Of a stretch of DNA of 64,000 nucleotides, positions 22,001-37,000 are shown piece by piece. The stretch lies in assembly GCA_038087875.1 (NCBI GenBank), contig CM075995.1, positions 4,466,001-4,530,000 on the forward strand, in the 5' to 3' direction. A program made the position numbers and the translations under genes. A model generated the notes under the pieces. That model was not told the DNA's origin. It did no database searches and saw only the letters and a list, made by a program, of their open reading frames with translations. This DNA is from Malacoraja senta. Taxonomy: Eukaryota. Position 1 is the stretch's first letter. Every line of letters starts with the position of its first letter.

Positions 22001-25000
22001 GAATTTTGAACATCGCCCGGTCTAGCATATAAAATCATGAGAGGCGTAGATGCCCAGAGTGGGTGAATCGAGGACCAGAGGACATAGGTTTAAGGTGAAG
22101 AGGAAAAGATGTAATAGGAATCTGAGGAGTAACTTTTTCACACAAAGGGTGGTGGGTGAATGGAACAAGCTGCCAGAGGAGGTAGTTGAGGCAGGGACTG
22201 TCCCAACATTTAAGAAACAGACAAGTACATGGACAAGGTTTGGAGGGATGTGGACCAAACGCGGGCAGGTGGGACTAGTGTAGTTGGCACATGTTAGCTG
22301 GTGTGGGCAAGTTGGGCCGAAGGGACTGTTTCCACACTGTATCACTCTATAACTCTACTGACTCCAAGCAGTTGTGAAGTCGCTCAAGCAACTGCCCTGA
22401 CTAGCTATGTGCACTCCTCACCACTGGAGTTGCACTCTTCAGTCACTGCCTGTGTTGGCCAGTTGTCTGCCTTAGCAGACCATCAACTCTTTGGTTGTTC
22501 CAAAATGATAACCTTTCATAGACAGAATTGACCACAGGTTTATTTTCTCTAAAGTCAAGTCTGTACTCCTTTCAGTTAATTTGTTTTTTTAAATCTTTGT
22601 TTTCAGGAGCGAAGCAATCTATTAAGAAAATGGTACGACTTAATGATAAAAAACAAAGACGAGCTTGCAAAATTAATTACTGCAGAAAATGTGAGTAACC
22701 AAAAATGAATTATATTTTAATACGCTCCTTGGAGTTTGATTGCTTAAGAGTTATATTAAAAAGTAGTGAATATTAAATACCCCTGTGACTAAAATAAAAG
22801 CTTTCAAAGGCTAAAACAAAAGCACCCCAGGTCTTTTATACAGCAAGTCATATTTGAATACTGCTACTGTATAAGTGGAAGGAAGTGGCCTGAATTGGCC
22901 ACTTGTGCTTTACTGTTTTGAATAGTTCCATTATTCAAAGTTTCTTGTGATACAGCAAAGACATTTTAAGTCATCAATAATCCTGAGTTTTTAAACTATT
23001 TTATCTGAAAATGTTTTCAGTCAGGGTTTTATAGAGTTGTATGGCACAGAAACAGGCTCTTTGGTCCACTGAGCCCGTGCCAAACCTCATGCCTATATAC
23101 TAATTCCACTTGCCCACGTTAATTCCATATCACTGCACCCTTAGTCAAATATGTGCCAAGATGCCTGCAAGGTGTTGTTATTGCTTCTACCTCCTCTGGC
23201 AGTACATTCCAGATACTATTCCAAGTGTACTCCATATTTTCCAAAACCTTTCATTTTTCCTAATCTTTTGTAGAGAACTTTATCTAATTTCTCTCGGGTC
23301 TCTTTTTAGATACATTCTGTAGAAACTTCCTTATCCAACTTGCTAGAGATAGCAGAAAAAAATTCATTGCAATAGACCATGAAAAACTCAGCACAAATCT
23401 ATTTGCAAAATATTATAGTTGCACTTTGTGAGTCATTTTAAGTTTCAAGCATGCTGCCTTTCTAGGTCATTATTTCCCTACTGTGTGTACAAATATCTGT
23501 TGCTGTTCAGTGTTCAATTTATTTTCTTGGTATAGACAATAGATGCAGGAGTAGGCCATTCGGCCCTTCGAGCCAGCACCACCATTCAAAGAAACATAGA
23601 AAATAGGTGCAGGAGGAGGCCAATCGGCCCTTCCAGCCAGCACCGCCATTGTGATCATGGCTGATCGTCCCCAATCAATAACTCTGGCCTGCCTTCTCCA
23701 CATATCCCTTGATACCACTAGCCCCTAGAGCTCTATCTAACTCTCTCTTAAATCCATCAAGTGATTTGGCCTCCACTGCCCTCTGTGGCAGGGAATTCCA
23801 CAAATTCACAACTCTCTGGGTGAAAATGTTTTTTCTCACCTCAGTCTTAAACGGCCTCCCCTTTATTCTAAGACTGTGGCCCCTGGTTCTGGACTCGCCC
23901 AACATTGGGAACATTTTTCCTGCATCTAGCTTGTCCAGTCCTTTTATAATTTTATATTTTTCTATAAGATCACTGTAAGATCATGGCTGATCGTCCCCAA
24001 TCAATAACCTGTTCCTGTCTTCTCCCCATATCCCTTGACTCTGCTATCCTTAAGAGCTCTATCTAACTCTCTCTTGAAAGCATCCAGAGAATCGGCCTCC
24101 ACTGCCTACTGAGGCAGAGAATTCCACAGCTTCACAACTCTTTGGGTGAAAAAGTTTTTCCTCATCTCCGTTCTAAATGGCCTACCCCTTATTCTTAAAC
24201 TGTGGCCCCTGGTTCTGGACTCCCCCAACATCAGGATAATGTTTTCTGCCTCCAGCGTGTCCAATCACTTAATAATCTTATATGTTTCAATAAGATCCCT
24301 TCTCATCCTTCTAAATTCCAGTGTATACAAGCCCAGTCGCTCCATTCTTTCAACATATGACAGTCCCGCCATCCTGGGAATTAACCTCATGCTGCACTCC
24401 CTCAAAAGCAAGAATGTCCTTCCTCAAATTTGGAGACCAAAACTGCACACAATACTCCAGGTGTGGTCTCACCAGGGCCCTGTACAACTGCAGAAGGACC
24501 CCTTTGCTCCTATACTCAAATCCTCTTGTTATGAAGGCCAACATGCCATTTGCTTTCTTCACTGCCTGCTGTACCTGCATGCTTACTTTCAGTGACTGAT
24601 GTACAAGGACACCCAGATCTCGTTGTACTTTCCCTTTTCCTGATTTATAATCTAATTGGAATTGAATTTAGGAATTTATACTTTTGTAAAATGGTGCAGT
24701 TGAATACGACCATTGTTTAAAAATGTGAATAAAAAAGAGTGGATTGACTTGTGTTTTTAAAAGTAATGGATGTATTCATTATGTATGGATGTTTTTAAAA
24801 GTAATAGATATATTCGCACTCTTTATTTGGATAAGAAATAAAATAATTTTACCAAAAAATAACACATTTTGCTCTTGATTGCGTGGTGACCTCAGTTTCT
24901 GTCCATAGATAACATGCATTACATCTGTGCGTTATCTCCATGATGAATGAGTGATTGTCATTATGCCCGCGTCCACGCCGACCAGCAACCCACGCACACT

Positions 25001-28000
25001 TATCCATCCTACACACACTAGGGACAATATTACAATTAGCACCAGATGCATTTGAGGAAAATGTCAAATCTTTGTTCATAGAAACATGGAAAATAGATGC
25101 AGGAGTAGGCCATTTGGCCCTTCAAGCCAGTACCGCCATTCAATATGATCATGGCTGATCATCCAAAATCAGTACCCCGTTCCTGCTTTCTCCCCATATC
25201 CCTTGATCCCGTGAGCCCAAAGAGCTATATCTAACTCCCTCTTGAAAACATCCAGTGAATTGGCCTCCACTGCCTTCTGTGGCTGAGAATTCCATAGATT
25301 CACAACTCTCTGGGTGAAAATGTTTTCCTCATCTCAGTCCTAAATGGCCTACCACTTATTCTTAAACTATGACCCTTGGTTCTGGACTCCCCCAACATCG
25401 GGAACATTTTTCCTGCATCTAGCCTTTCCAATCCCTTAAGAATTGTATATGTCTCTATCAGATCCCCTCTCATCCTTCTAAATTCCAATGTATATAAGCC
25501 TAGTCGATCCATTCTTTCATCATATGTCAGTCCGCCATCCCAGGAATTAACCTGGTGAATTAACCTATGCAGTATATAATTGTATGACTGTGTGCTGGTT
25601 TAAGTTTGCAAGATGTAAATGCTCAGCATTTATCATGCTCAGATGAGGTCACACTTGGATTGACTTTTTAAAGTTTAATTGTTATTAACTGAACCCATGC
25701 TCAGTTAATTTTTTATTTGATCATGGAGCAGTGCAGATTTGAATTGGTGAGGATCAATTTGTAGCCTAAAAATACAGAAAAAGGCATAGCTCTTTGATGT
25801 TGAGATTAAAGAGATGCTTGTACCTTCAGTCCACAAAGTGTAGCATTTACAAGTCAAATGTACATTTGGTTAGACCTCCATAATTGGATTCACTTTTTCT
25901 ACCAGAATTCTACAGCAGCAATTGGTACATCCTGGGTATACATTGGGAAATACATATGTTTCAGAAACTAGCAAACTGTGTAAATCTTAAAAGAGATTCT
26001 GAACTAATACAACTACCAGAAGAACTTCATTTATGATGTCTGCCTTGAGACGTGCCAGCCTGGTTCAAAGAGGGAGGGAGGGGTGGAAAGAAGGGAGGGC
26101 AGGTAAAATTAGTAATGTCAAAATGCCAGCAGACTAATTGGCATCCACTTCATGTAGTGTCTGCTCCAGACTGCAGGAGTACGTGCTGTGGGACGCACTG
26201 ACACTTGGTGCAGCCAACACCAAGGCTCTGTGGGGGATGACCACTGTCTATGGTCATCCCGCTGCTGGAGACTGGGGGCCAGGGTGTGGTGGAGACGCTC
26301 CTCAAACTAAGGGAGAGATATCACCCCAGGGGACCACATGAGTGGCAAGGGTACCGGATATAATTATAGTTTTTGGGAACACTACCAAATATAACGCTAA
26401 CAAATGTAGCTATAGCCGTGGAGAATGTCGGAGGAACTATGCACAGTTCTTTTTGTACATAGTTTTTTTATCCTGAATAAAGTTTTATTTTGATTTTTTT
26501 TAATGTAGTGTCAGCAGGAAACAGTGTGAAATTAATCCCTGGCAGTCAACTCTTTTTCCCTCTTGGAATTAAAGTCTACATTTCTAGTCCAAATTTAGAA
26601 TGCAAAACCCAAATTACTTACCGTCAATTAAATTATGTTGTATTTGCACAAAGATATTGATTTCCATCATTTATAAAATATATTGTCTTAAGTATTGATG
26701 TGTCATTCTTAATATTATACATTTAGAGTAGTGTATCTTCAATTTCAATTGATTTTATGTTTATATAAGATCCCTGGAACAGCTTATAATGGTGCTTGGC
26801 AGCTGAACTCATAACCTGACGATGTTTCAATCCAATCTAATCACCACACTGCCTCTTAGCATTGGGACCTGCAGATGTCCTGAAATATGAACGCCAATGC
26901 TTTTATTTTATTTATATCTCTTCAGTAGCAACACTAACTCTTAGTAAATGATCCAATTCAGGGGAAACCACTCAAGGAAGCCTTGGGCGAAACACTATAT
27001 GCTGCGTCGTTCTTGGAATGGTTTTCAGAAGAAGCTCGTAGGGTGTATGGTGACATTGTTCCTACATCTTCGCCAAACCGTAGGATCCTGATCCTGAAGC
27101 AACCCATAGGAGTAGCATCTATTATAACTCCTGTAAGTAGCATCTTAGGAGTGATGTAGGAGGGCTTTACATGTTTGCATTTCATAATCTGTAGATTTAG
27201 AATAAGCATGTTGTAAGAGGTCACAGTGAGTATTCTGTAAACGTGTTAATCCCCAATCCATTTATGATTCTGAAATGTGCAATGATCGAGAGGCAAGATG
27301 ACTTGTTCCAAACCACTGGTCCGGTGACCAGTCAATAGTTTGACAAACATTAACAAATAACTTGTATGATGGGAAGTTTAGCACAAAATTATGTGATTTC
27401 GCCAAGTGCTTATTTGATACACTGGGGTAAATATCTCCCTACTGACTGAAAAGGTCTCGTACAAAGGTAACTTTAAAACTTTTTCCCATAAATAGTAGTG
27501 GTTATGGCTGTCTTTATTTTTGTCTTTAGCATGATGGGGTGTAACAAGTCACATCCTTTTATGCTAACATCTGTTGTGAAATTACAGATACTTCAGCTCA
27601 CTTCAATGGTCCAATAGATATTTATTGTTGCATATGCAATTAAACATTACACAATGATTGATGCCAGCCATGTTTATGATCAACCGTGATCATTCCACCG
27701 GAGCGGCTCCTGATCCCCTCCTTTGCTCAAGACCGGCTCAGACCACGAACTCTCATCTCTCTCTCTCTTCTCCTCACCTGCCATTTTTGCGTCCCGGAGG
27801 GGCAACCTCCTGCAGCCAACCTTAAAGGCACTGGAGGCGTTACCCCAGTTCAACCCACCAACTGGCCCTTTCTCTCCAAGCCTGACATCCCAAGCCACTC
27901 CATACCAGTATTCCACATCCAACGAGTCTCCAAACGAGTTTGGCCGCCCGGCAAAGCCTCTCTGCTGGTTTTGACTGACGGACAAAATCCCCCCCCCCGG

Positions 28001-31000
28001 CTACGTTCGGCCTTCTGACGCAGCCTCCGGCAGTTCTGCGACAAATGAATTCCGGGCAGGTTTGGCTGTCCGCCGAGCCTTCGAGGCCTTAAACATAAAC
28101 CGGCTTAGGGCAATTTGAAGAGTCCAGTGTTCATTCTTGGAGCTATCATCACATGTTATGTAAGTAACAAACCTACAAACATAGGAGCAAACCCTTTGGC
28201 TCACAGAGTCTATGCTGATCACGATACCGAAATAAATTGACTTAATCTGCCTGTACATAATCCATACCCCTCCATTCCCAGCATATCCATGTGCCTATCT
28301 AAAAGCCTCTTAAACACACTAGTGTGTCAGACTTAACCACCTCTGGCAGCGCATTACAGGCACCTTCTGTGTGTAAAAACAAACATATTGTCCCACACAT
28401 CTTTAAACATTGTCCTTCTCACCTTAAATTCATGCCCCCTAGTTTTTGACAATTCCACCCTGGGTAAGGCTCTGAAGATCTACCCTCTCATGCCTCTCAT
28501 AATTTTATATACTTCTATCAGGTCACCCCTCAGCCTCCAGTGTTCCAGAGAAAGAGATCCAAGTTTTGCCCAACTTCTTCTTTCAGTTAATACCTAATAA
28601 TCCTGGCAGCATTCAAGAAATGTCACAAATGAACCGAAGATTATGCTGTGTGAGCACAGTTCTTGTAATTTGTATGTCCAACAGTCTAAGGTACATCTCG
28701 GTGCGAATGTAATCTTTAACTTGTATTTGCTCCAAAGCCGTTCTACAATGTTGTTTTCCCCACAGTGGAATTTTCCCAGTGCCATGCTGACCAGAAAGGC
28801 TGGAGCTGCCTTGGCTGTAGGCTGCACGGTGGTGGTGAAACCTGCTGAAGATACTCCCCTATCTGCATTGGCACTGGCAGAGGTGAGCTGTAGAAACGAA
28901 AGAGAGCTCCGAGAAGCAAAATTACACTCGTACTTAGGCTTGTTTGTATGTCGTGGAAGATAAGTAACGATATACCTTTCAGCTAATCTCCCTTCCACAA
29001 AATATCTTCCCATTGCTTGTCTTCTGGGAACAAATTCTGGGAAACACAAAGCACCAATGACCAATTGAATAGTTCTCTCTTTTTTTTAAATCAAAAAATG
29101 TGTTCAATTTTTAAAAATAATATTTACAATACAATAAAACAAAACATAACACACCACCATAATACAAGACAAACAAATATACTAAATAAACTACTATACA
29201 ACTATGTTACAATGCTTGTCAAGGATGCATTCGACCCCCCCTCGGTGCCCAGAATAGTTCTCTCTTAGGTGGGGACAGGGGTGGGCGTAGGTTTGGTTTA
29301 GAGATACAGAGCGGAAACAGGCCCTTCAGCCCAGCGATCCCTGTTATACTAGCCCACACTATATACTAGGGACAATTTACAATTTTTACCAAAGCCAATT
29401 AACCTACAAACCTGTACATCTTTGGAGTGGGAGAAAACTGGAGCACCCGGACAAAACCCGCGTGGTCAAGGGGAGAAAGTACAAACTGTACGGACAGCAC
29501 CCGTAGTCAGGATCGAACCCGGGTCTCTGACGCTGTATGGCAGCAATTCTACCACTGTGCCGCCCTCTACAATTTGCCTAATTAGTTAAGACATCTAGGC
29601 TCCAACACTATGTTGTAGAATAATGGACTCATGCTTTCTATATCATTTTATTTACTATGTTCAGTTGGCATCTCCCACGTGCCCTGTTGGAAAATTGTGA
29701 AGGGTGCAAATACACTGTCCCTTACTCTCAATTTCTCCGCCACATATGCTCCCAAGATGATGCTTTCCATTCTAGGACAGCTGAGATGTCCTCTTTCTTT
29801 AGTAAAAGTGGTTTCCCCACTGCTGTCATAGACGCATCCCTCGCTCGTATCTCCTCTGTGTCCCGTAGTTCTGATCTCGCTCACCTTTCCCCAGACGGAA
29901 CAAGGGTAGAGTTCCCCTGGTCCTTTCACCCCACCAGCCTCCAAATCCAATACATTATTCTCTGGCATTTCAACGTGATCTCACCACCAGTCAGATCTTC
30001 CCATCCCCACCGCTTTGGCCTTCCGCAACTCCTTGGATCACTCATCCCTTCCCACCCAAGACACCCCCTCCCCAGGTACTTTCCCCTGTAACCGCAGGAA
30101 ATATAACATCTATCCTGTTGACATCCTTCTTAAAGCAGGGTGACCAAAACTGAGCACAATGATGCAAACGCGGCCTCGCCTATATCTTGTACACTGGATG
30201 TGGGAGGAAACCAGAGCATGCAGAGGAAACTCACGCAGGGAAACTCGCAGGGAGAACTTGCAAACTCCACACAGGCAGTACCTGAGGTCAGGATCGAATC
30301 CGGGTCTCTGGTCCTGTGGGGCAACAGCTCTACCAGTTACGCCACTGTACTGCCTTCTCTGGAATATTACTGAAGCCTTGTGGAAAACAGTTATTGTTGT
30401 GTATATATATACTCTTGTATAAATGAGGGTGCATATCCTCACTTTGTAACGCTATACTGTTAAATAAAACTTTGATTGATCATAAGTAAGCTTGCTCATG
30501 CTTGCTCTTTGGGTTTCCTCCTCCATGCTATTTTGTAGTTAAATGCAAGTATACTTGCATTTGCATTTGCATTTATACAAAAAATTCAAAGTGTGCACTT
30601 AATAAAATTCTGAATAAAATTTACTTCCAAATCTTTGTTCGGAGGAGAAAATAAAACTTAGATGTGTCACTCAGCGTAAATGGATGACTTATGAGATTTT
30701 CAAGCAACATAGCTTTTGTTTTATTTTGTACGAACTATAAACAACTTTTTTGTTAAATGTTAATGCAGTGTGTTAAAGTTAACTGTCTTGCAGCTTGCAG
30801 ATCAGGCTGGGATTCCTGCAGGGGTTTTCAATGTAATTCCCTCCTCCAAGTCCAACACACCTGCTGTAGGAGAAGTGCTTTGTACCGATCCTCTTGTTGC
30901 TGCCATCTCTTTTACTGGGTCTACAACAACTGGAAAGGTGAGTGCTTTGGTGCCTTATGGTAGAGGGACTTTTTCTGATGTATCTTCTCATGTTGACGGA

Positions 31001-34000
31001 TCAATATCTATATTACTAAAAGTCTGATCTTGACCACTTCCTGTTCTGTATATTGATTTTAGAAAAAACGTTGCCACTTACGGCTGTGATTTTTGGCCAT
31101 CTTACTCAGGGTTCCTCCGCTGTGCAGGACAAGAGGATTTTTCCCATCGATGAAAAATGAAAGAGTTATTAGTGTTTAAAAAATGTTGAGATTCTCTCTC
31201 CTGAAGGCCATGCCCCTTCAGGAGGGACTATAAAACCCGGACGTGTTGAGTGCTTCAGTCAGTCTCTGCAGGATGGGGGAACGAGAAGGTCACGTCTCTC
31301 AGTCTGAGCTGTAAATAACACTGAACACATGTCTACTAAACTGTGAGTGGTTTTACTGACCTGTCAGTGCCCTTAATGTGGTTTGAAAATATAGTTTGGA
31401 AATTCTAAAGCTGTGTTGCCTTTGGTTTGGAAATGCTAAAGCTGTGTTGCCTTTGGTTTGGAAATGCTAAAGCTGTGTTGCCTTTGGTTTGGAAATGCTA
31501 AAGCTGTGTTGCCTTTGGTTTGGAAATGCTAAAGTTGCCTTGCCTAATTAAAGTTGCCTTGCCTAATTTAAGTTGCCTTGCCTAATTAAAGTTGCCTTGC
31601 CTAATTAAAGTTGCCTTCTATATAATTAAAAGTCTAATCTTGACCACTTCCTGTTTGCACTTTATATTGATTTTTGAAAAAAAATGCTCCCACGTACGGC
31701 TGTGATTTTTGGCCATCTTACTCAGAGTCCCCATCCGCTCATCAGGTGCCGAGGATTTTTCCCATCGATGAAAAATAAAAGAGTTATTAGTGTTTTAAAA
31801 ATGTTGAGATTCTCTCTCCTGTCAGTCACGCCATGAAGGCCACGCCCCTTCTGGTGGGAGGGGGAGGGACTATAAAACCCAGAAGTGTGGGCGTGGCTCA
31901 GTCTCTGCAAGATGGAGGAGGGAGAGGTCACGACTCGCTGTCTTTGGTGGCCTTGCACCCTGCTTGAAGTGGTAAGAAACTGCACTTGAATTTGGTGGCC
32001 TTGCACCCTGCTTGAAATAGAATTTCAAGGAATAGCCGTGAGTCAACTGCCAGCCCACCAGCTGTGAGTGAGTGAGCTGCCAGCACAACAGGCTTGAGTG
32101 ACTGAGCCACCAGCCCAAGAATCCATTTGGCCCACAATGTCCATACTAGCCCTCTGGAAACCAGTCCCTTCAGCCCGCAACACCCATACTAGCGCTCCAG
32201 AAAGCCCCCACCCCCCCTGTCCACTGGCCACCAATATGGGAAGTGGTGGAGAGGTGGAATATTGCGTTGGGGGACCAGCCCTCCCGTGTGATGCTGGGAC
32301 CCAACTTAGTCTAGTAATTTTATACAGCCTGGGAGTTTTTTGAGGAAAGTTGGAAATGGTCAGTTGTGTTCCCATGTGAACCGTACCATGGTTTTTGTAT
32401 CAGCGTTGGAACTGGTTTCAAAAATACCCAATTAAAACACTGCAGTTTTTCAATATTTAAGAAGAAACTGCAGATGCTGGAACAATCGAAGGTAGACAAA
32501 AATGCTGGAGAAACTCAGCGGGTGAGGCAGCATCTATGGAGCGAAGGAATGGGTGACGAGAAGGGTCTCGACCCCATTTTTGTCTAGCTGCAGTTTTTCA
32601 ATAAGTCTTTGAACAACATATAAATGGATTACATAATGGATGACATTACATTTCCAGAGGACATTGGTTTAAGGTGAAGGGGGAAAGATTTATTTGGAAC
32701 CTGAGGGGCAACTTTTTCACACAAACGGTGGTAGGTGTATGGAACGAGCTGCCAGAGGCAGGTACAATGGCAACTTTTAAGAAACATTAGACCGGTACAT
32801 GGATAGGACAGGTTTAGAGGGATGTGGGCCAAATGCTGGCAGGTGGGACTAGTGTAGATGGGACATATTGGCTGCTGTGCGCGAAATTGGGCCAAAGGGC
32901 CTGTTTCCACGCTGTAAGACTCTATGACTGTACACTGCACTTGTTTTACACCAGTGAAATTAGAGTAAGAAACAGGACATTTGTAGCAATTCATTGGCCT
33001 GATCAATATGATGCACCAATACGAACAGACTGTGGTCTGTGAATGAGGAAGTCGAGGATCCAATTGAGGGATAGAGACCAGCGCCAGCTAGCTCCACGCA
33101 AAAAACGCTGAAAACGGGGAGAAAGAACGGGACTGACCTGCTGTTATCACACCGGCTGCTTCTAACGAGTGAGTGACGTCATCAGGCGCGCGACTCGGGT
33201 CTGTGCAACATACCCTCCCCTAGACGAGAAAGGCCGTTAAGCCCAGGCAACCGGCGGAAGAAGTAGGCCCGACTGAAGCCTCAGGCTCAGTTTTAATGTC
33301 GTCCCAGGAAGATGTGTCAAGGAAAACAAGGTAAAAAAAAAACAGAAATAGAAGAACTTCGAAGTTTTCTATCTCAAGAAATTACAAATATAAAGGAGCA
33401 ACTGAAATTTTTTAATGAAAAACTGAACTTTAAAGAAGATCTTAAAGATGAACTCCGATCTTTTAAAGAAGAATTTAAAGAAGAAATCACTGCCACTGTT
33501 CACGAAGTATTGGAAGCCTGGAAGAAAACAATGGAAGAAAATCTTACTCAACAGATTGAAGAGGTAAATGTTAAAATCAATGTGATGGAATCCAGCTTTA
33601 ACACTAGGTTGGATCCCATCATTGAGACATTAGATCAACAAAATACAGCAATAACTCAATTACAGGAAATTGCTGAGACAAGTGCTGCAACTACAAAAAA
33701 GCTTCTCCTCGAGAACAAGCGTTTATCAGACTTATTGAGTAAAATAACTGAAAAATGTATTGACTTGGAGGGACGTCAGAGACGCCAGAATTTATGAATT
33801 GTCGGCGTCCAAGAAGGAAGAGAGGGGAGCCGAGACCTCCGTGAATTTGCCGCAGACTTATTTAAAACAGTCTTAAATCTGGATCAAAAACCTTTACTGG
33901 GTCGAGCACATAGAGCACTGAGACGCCGCCCACGGGCAGACGCCCCCCCAAGACAACTGATAGTGAAGGTGCAATACGACCATATATTGGATGACATGAT

Positions 34001-37000
34001 GAAGAAAGTTGTCCGTAACAGAGATCTCATATTTGAAGGAGACAGGATCAGCATCTTTAGAGACTATCCTGTGGAGGTCTCCAGAAAGAGAGCGCTGTTT
34101 ACAGAGACAAGAATAATACTTAAGAACATACCAGATCTGAGATATGGCCTGATGTATCCTGCAACACTGAGAGTCACCTACAAGAGGAAGGAACATCTCT
34201 TCACTGACCATAAGGAAGCACTTGATTTCGCCCAGAACATTGATAATATGACCGATGACTGAACAATACTCATTAATTACCTGACATCACCGAACATCGT
34301 GACCTTGTAGAGAACTAATGGAACTTTACATTGTTATACTTAAGGATTAATGAAAATTGATAATGATATTTGAGCAAGTTTTTTCCTATTGATATATTAC
34401 ATTTATATTTTAGTATTATTCTTAATTATTGATTATTACTAATCATAATTACTTGTTATTACTAATTATTATTACTAATTATTACTAATTACCATTAATT
34501 GGATTACTTAGAATTAGTTAAAATATGAACTATAAGTAGGGTTTGATTTAGGCAATTTATTAATAAGGGTTTGGGGTTTTCTTTTTTATTTTTGATTAAA
34601 AAAAAAAAATTTAGCTATACATGAGATTAATATTGTATCTTGAGAATAATAACATTTTTATTAACGGATTATAAATACTTTGGATCTTAAAATGTTTTCC
34701 CCCTCCCCTATAAATTGTATTTATTGAAAAAAAAACTTTTTAAGGAAAGCATGGAGCTAGTATTTTTTTTATTTTCAAAGGCTATTTATGTCTTTAGTCT
34801 TTAGGTGGCTATCACTAACTACACCAAGTATAGATGTAGTTTTTTCCTTTCTTTTGCACTTTACTAACCATCTATTATATTACCCCCTTTACTTTACGCC
34901 TTATTATAATTTTAGGTTTGAATGGAATTATAGGTTTTACCTAAGGAGATATGAACGTTAGAAAAACCTACGAGATTTAAAATTCATCTATCTGATGTTC
35001 GGGTGTAATGTCGGGTTTAGTGTGTTGAGCCATCTGCTCTTTTATAGACCACCCTAAACATAAGATGCAAGACGTTAATATGAAAATTGGGGGTGAAGGA
35101 ATCACATTTTGTAGTTGGAATGTTAAGGGATTTAATGAACCAATCAAGAGAGGTAAAATATTAGCACATTTAAAATCACTTAAAACAGATATAATATTCC
35201 TCCAGAAAACTCACCTTAAAAAGGAAGCACAACATAGATTGAAAGCAAAATGGATTGCTAAAATGTAACATTCCTCATTCTCACATAAATCCAGAGGAGT
35301 TGCAATATTAATCCGTAAAGGGATACCTTTTAAACATACATTAACTATAACGGACATTGATGGTAGATATATTGTATTAATAGGTGAGCTATACGCAAAA
35401 AAAGTGATTCTTCTTAATGTTTATGGACCAAATTTTGATAGTCCCTTGTTTTTTAAGAAAACATTCAATACAATTCCGGAACTCACACAACACAACTTAA
35501 TAATTGGAGGAGACATCAATTGTACACTAGACCTTTATTTAGATAGATCATCAAGACAAAGAAAAGTAAAATCTCAGTCGTGAATTTCTAAACTCATATA
35601 TTAATACTACTAACATCAAGGACGTCTGGAGAATCGAAAACCCAACCGGACGAGAATACTCATTTTACTTACCGGTACATAAAACCTATTCAAGAATAGA
35701 CTATTTTGTAATAGACTCCAAGCTCATCCCATTTACCTACAACTCGAAATATCATAATATTATAATCTCGGACCACGCACCCTTAACATTTATGATTAAA
35801 CTAAATGGAATGGCCGAGAAACAGACACAATGGAGACTCAACCCCCAAATTTTAAATGAAAAAGTATGTCAGGAATATCTCACTAAACAGATTAATATGT
35901 TTTTTGAGACTAATGACCGCCCTGGAACGCCTGCCTCCCTTCTCTGGGAAACATTTAAAGCATTTGCTTGAGGAACATTAATCTCCTCCCAAGCATTTCA
36001 TAATAAAGAGAATCGGGCTAAGCAACAGATACTGGAAAGGGAAATAAGGCAATTAGACATAGAAAATGCGGCTGTGCCGCCTATAATAAAACACAATAAA
36101 ATTGCAGTACTGAAATATAAATTAAATTAAATATACTCAGACCAAGTTATAAAACTTTATCAGCATACTGAACAATTAAATTTTTAATTCGGTGACAAAC
36201 CACAAAAACTATTAGCACGTCAACTTTGAAAACTGGACGGGGAAAAAACAATCCACAAAATTAGATCATACATGGGAGAATTATTAACACTGCCCAAGGA
36301 TATCAATGAGAGATTTCTGCAATATTATCAAAACCTTTACTCAGCTAAAACGACAGAACACTCGGCAGGAATAGGAACAGAAATGTAATCTTAAAGGTTT
36401 AGATTTGAAAGGTAGAGAATTACTAGGTGCTGAAATAACAGTAAAAGATATTGAAGAGTCTATTAGATCTTTAAAGAACGCCCTGACGGTATAAGTTCTG
36501 AATTTTATAAAAAAATTCATGATCTGATCTCCCCACATTTACAAACACTGTATGAGTACACTTATATTCAACAGAAACTGCCAGAAACTTTAAACGAATC
36601 TATAATAACACTTATACCAAAAACAGATAAGGACCCTGAAGACCCAGGTTCATATAGAGCAATAGCTTTCTTAAATACTGATCAGAAAATATTAACTAAA
36701 ATCCTAGCACAAAGATTAAGTACAGTGATTAATAAATGAATACACCCTGACCAAACAGGTTTTATCCCAAAACGTTACTCATCTTATAATCTGAGACGAT
36801 TATTCAATATTATATACTCAAAGAAAATTACCAACGTAGACCTAGCAATTATTTCGTTAGATGCTGAGAAAGCATTTGATCAGGTAAAATGGCCCTATCT
36901 ATTTTTGGTGATGGAAAATTTTCAATTGGGCGAGAAGTTCTGCACATGGGTAAAACTTTTATATACTAACCCAACAGCTAGAATATTAACAAACCAAATG

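Noticed and set aside
31407..31617. 31-bp repeats as a CRISPR array
   Set aside because: The units are head-to-tail with no unique spacers, there are no cas genes, and the context is a vertebrate intron.
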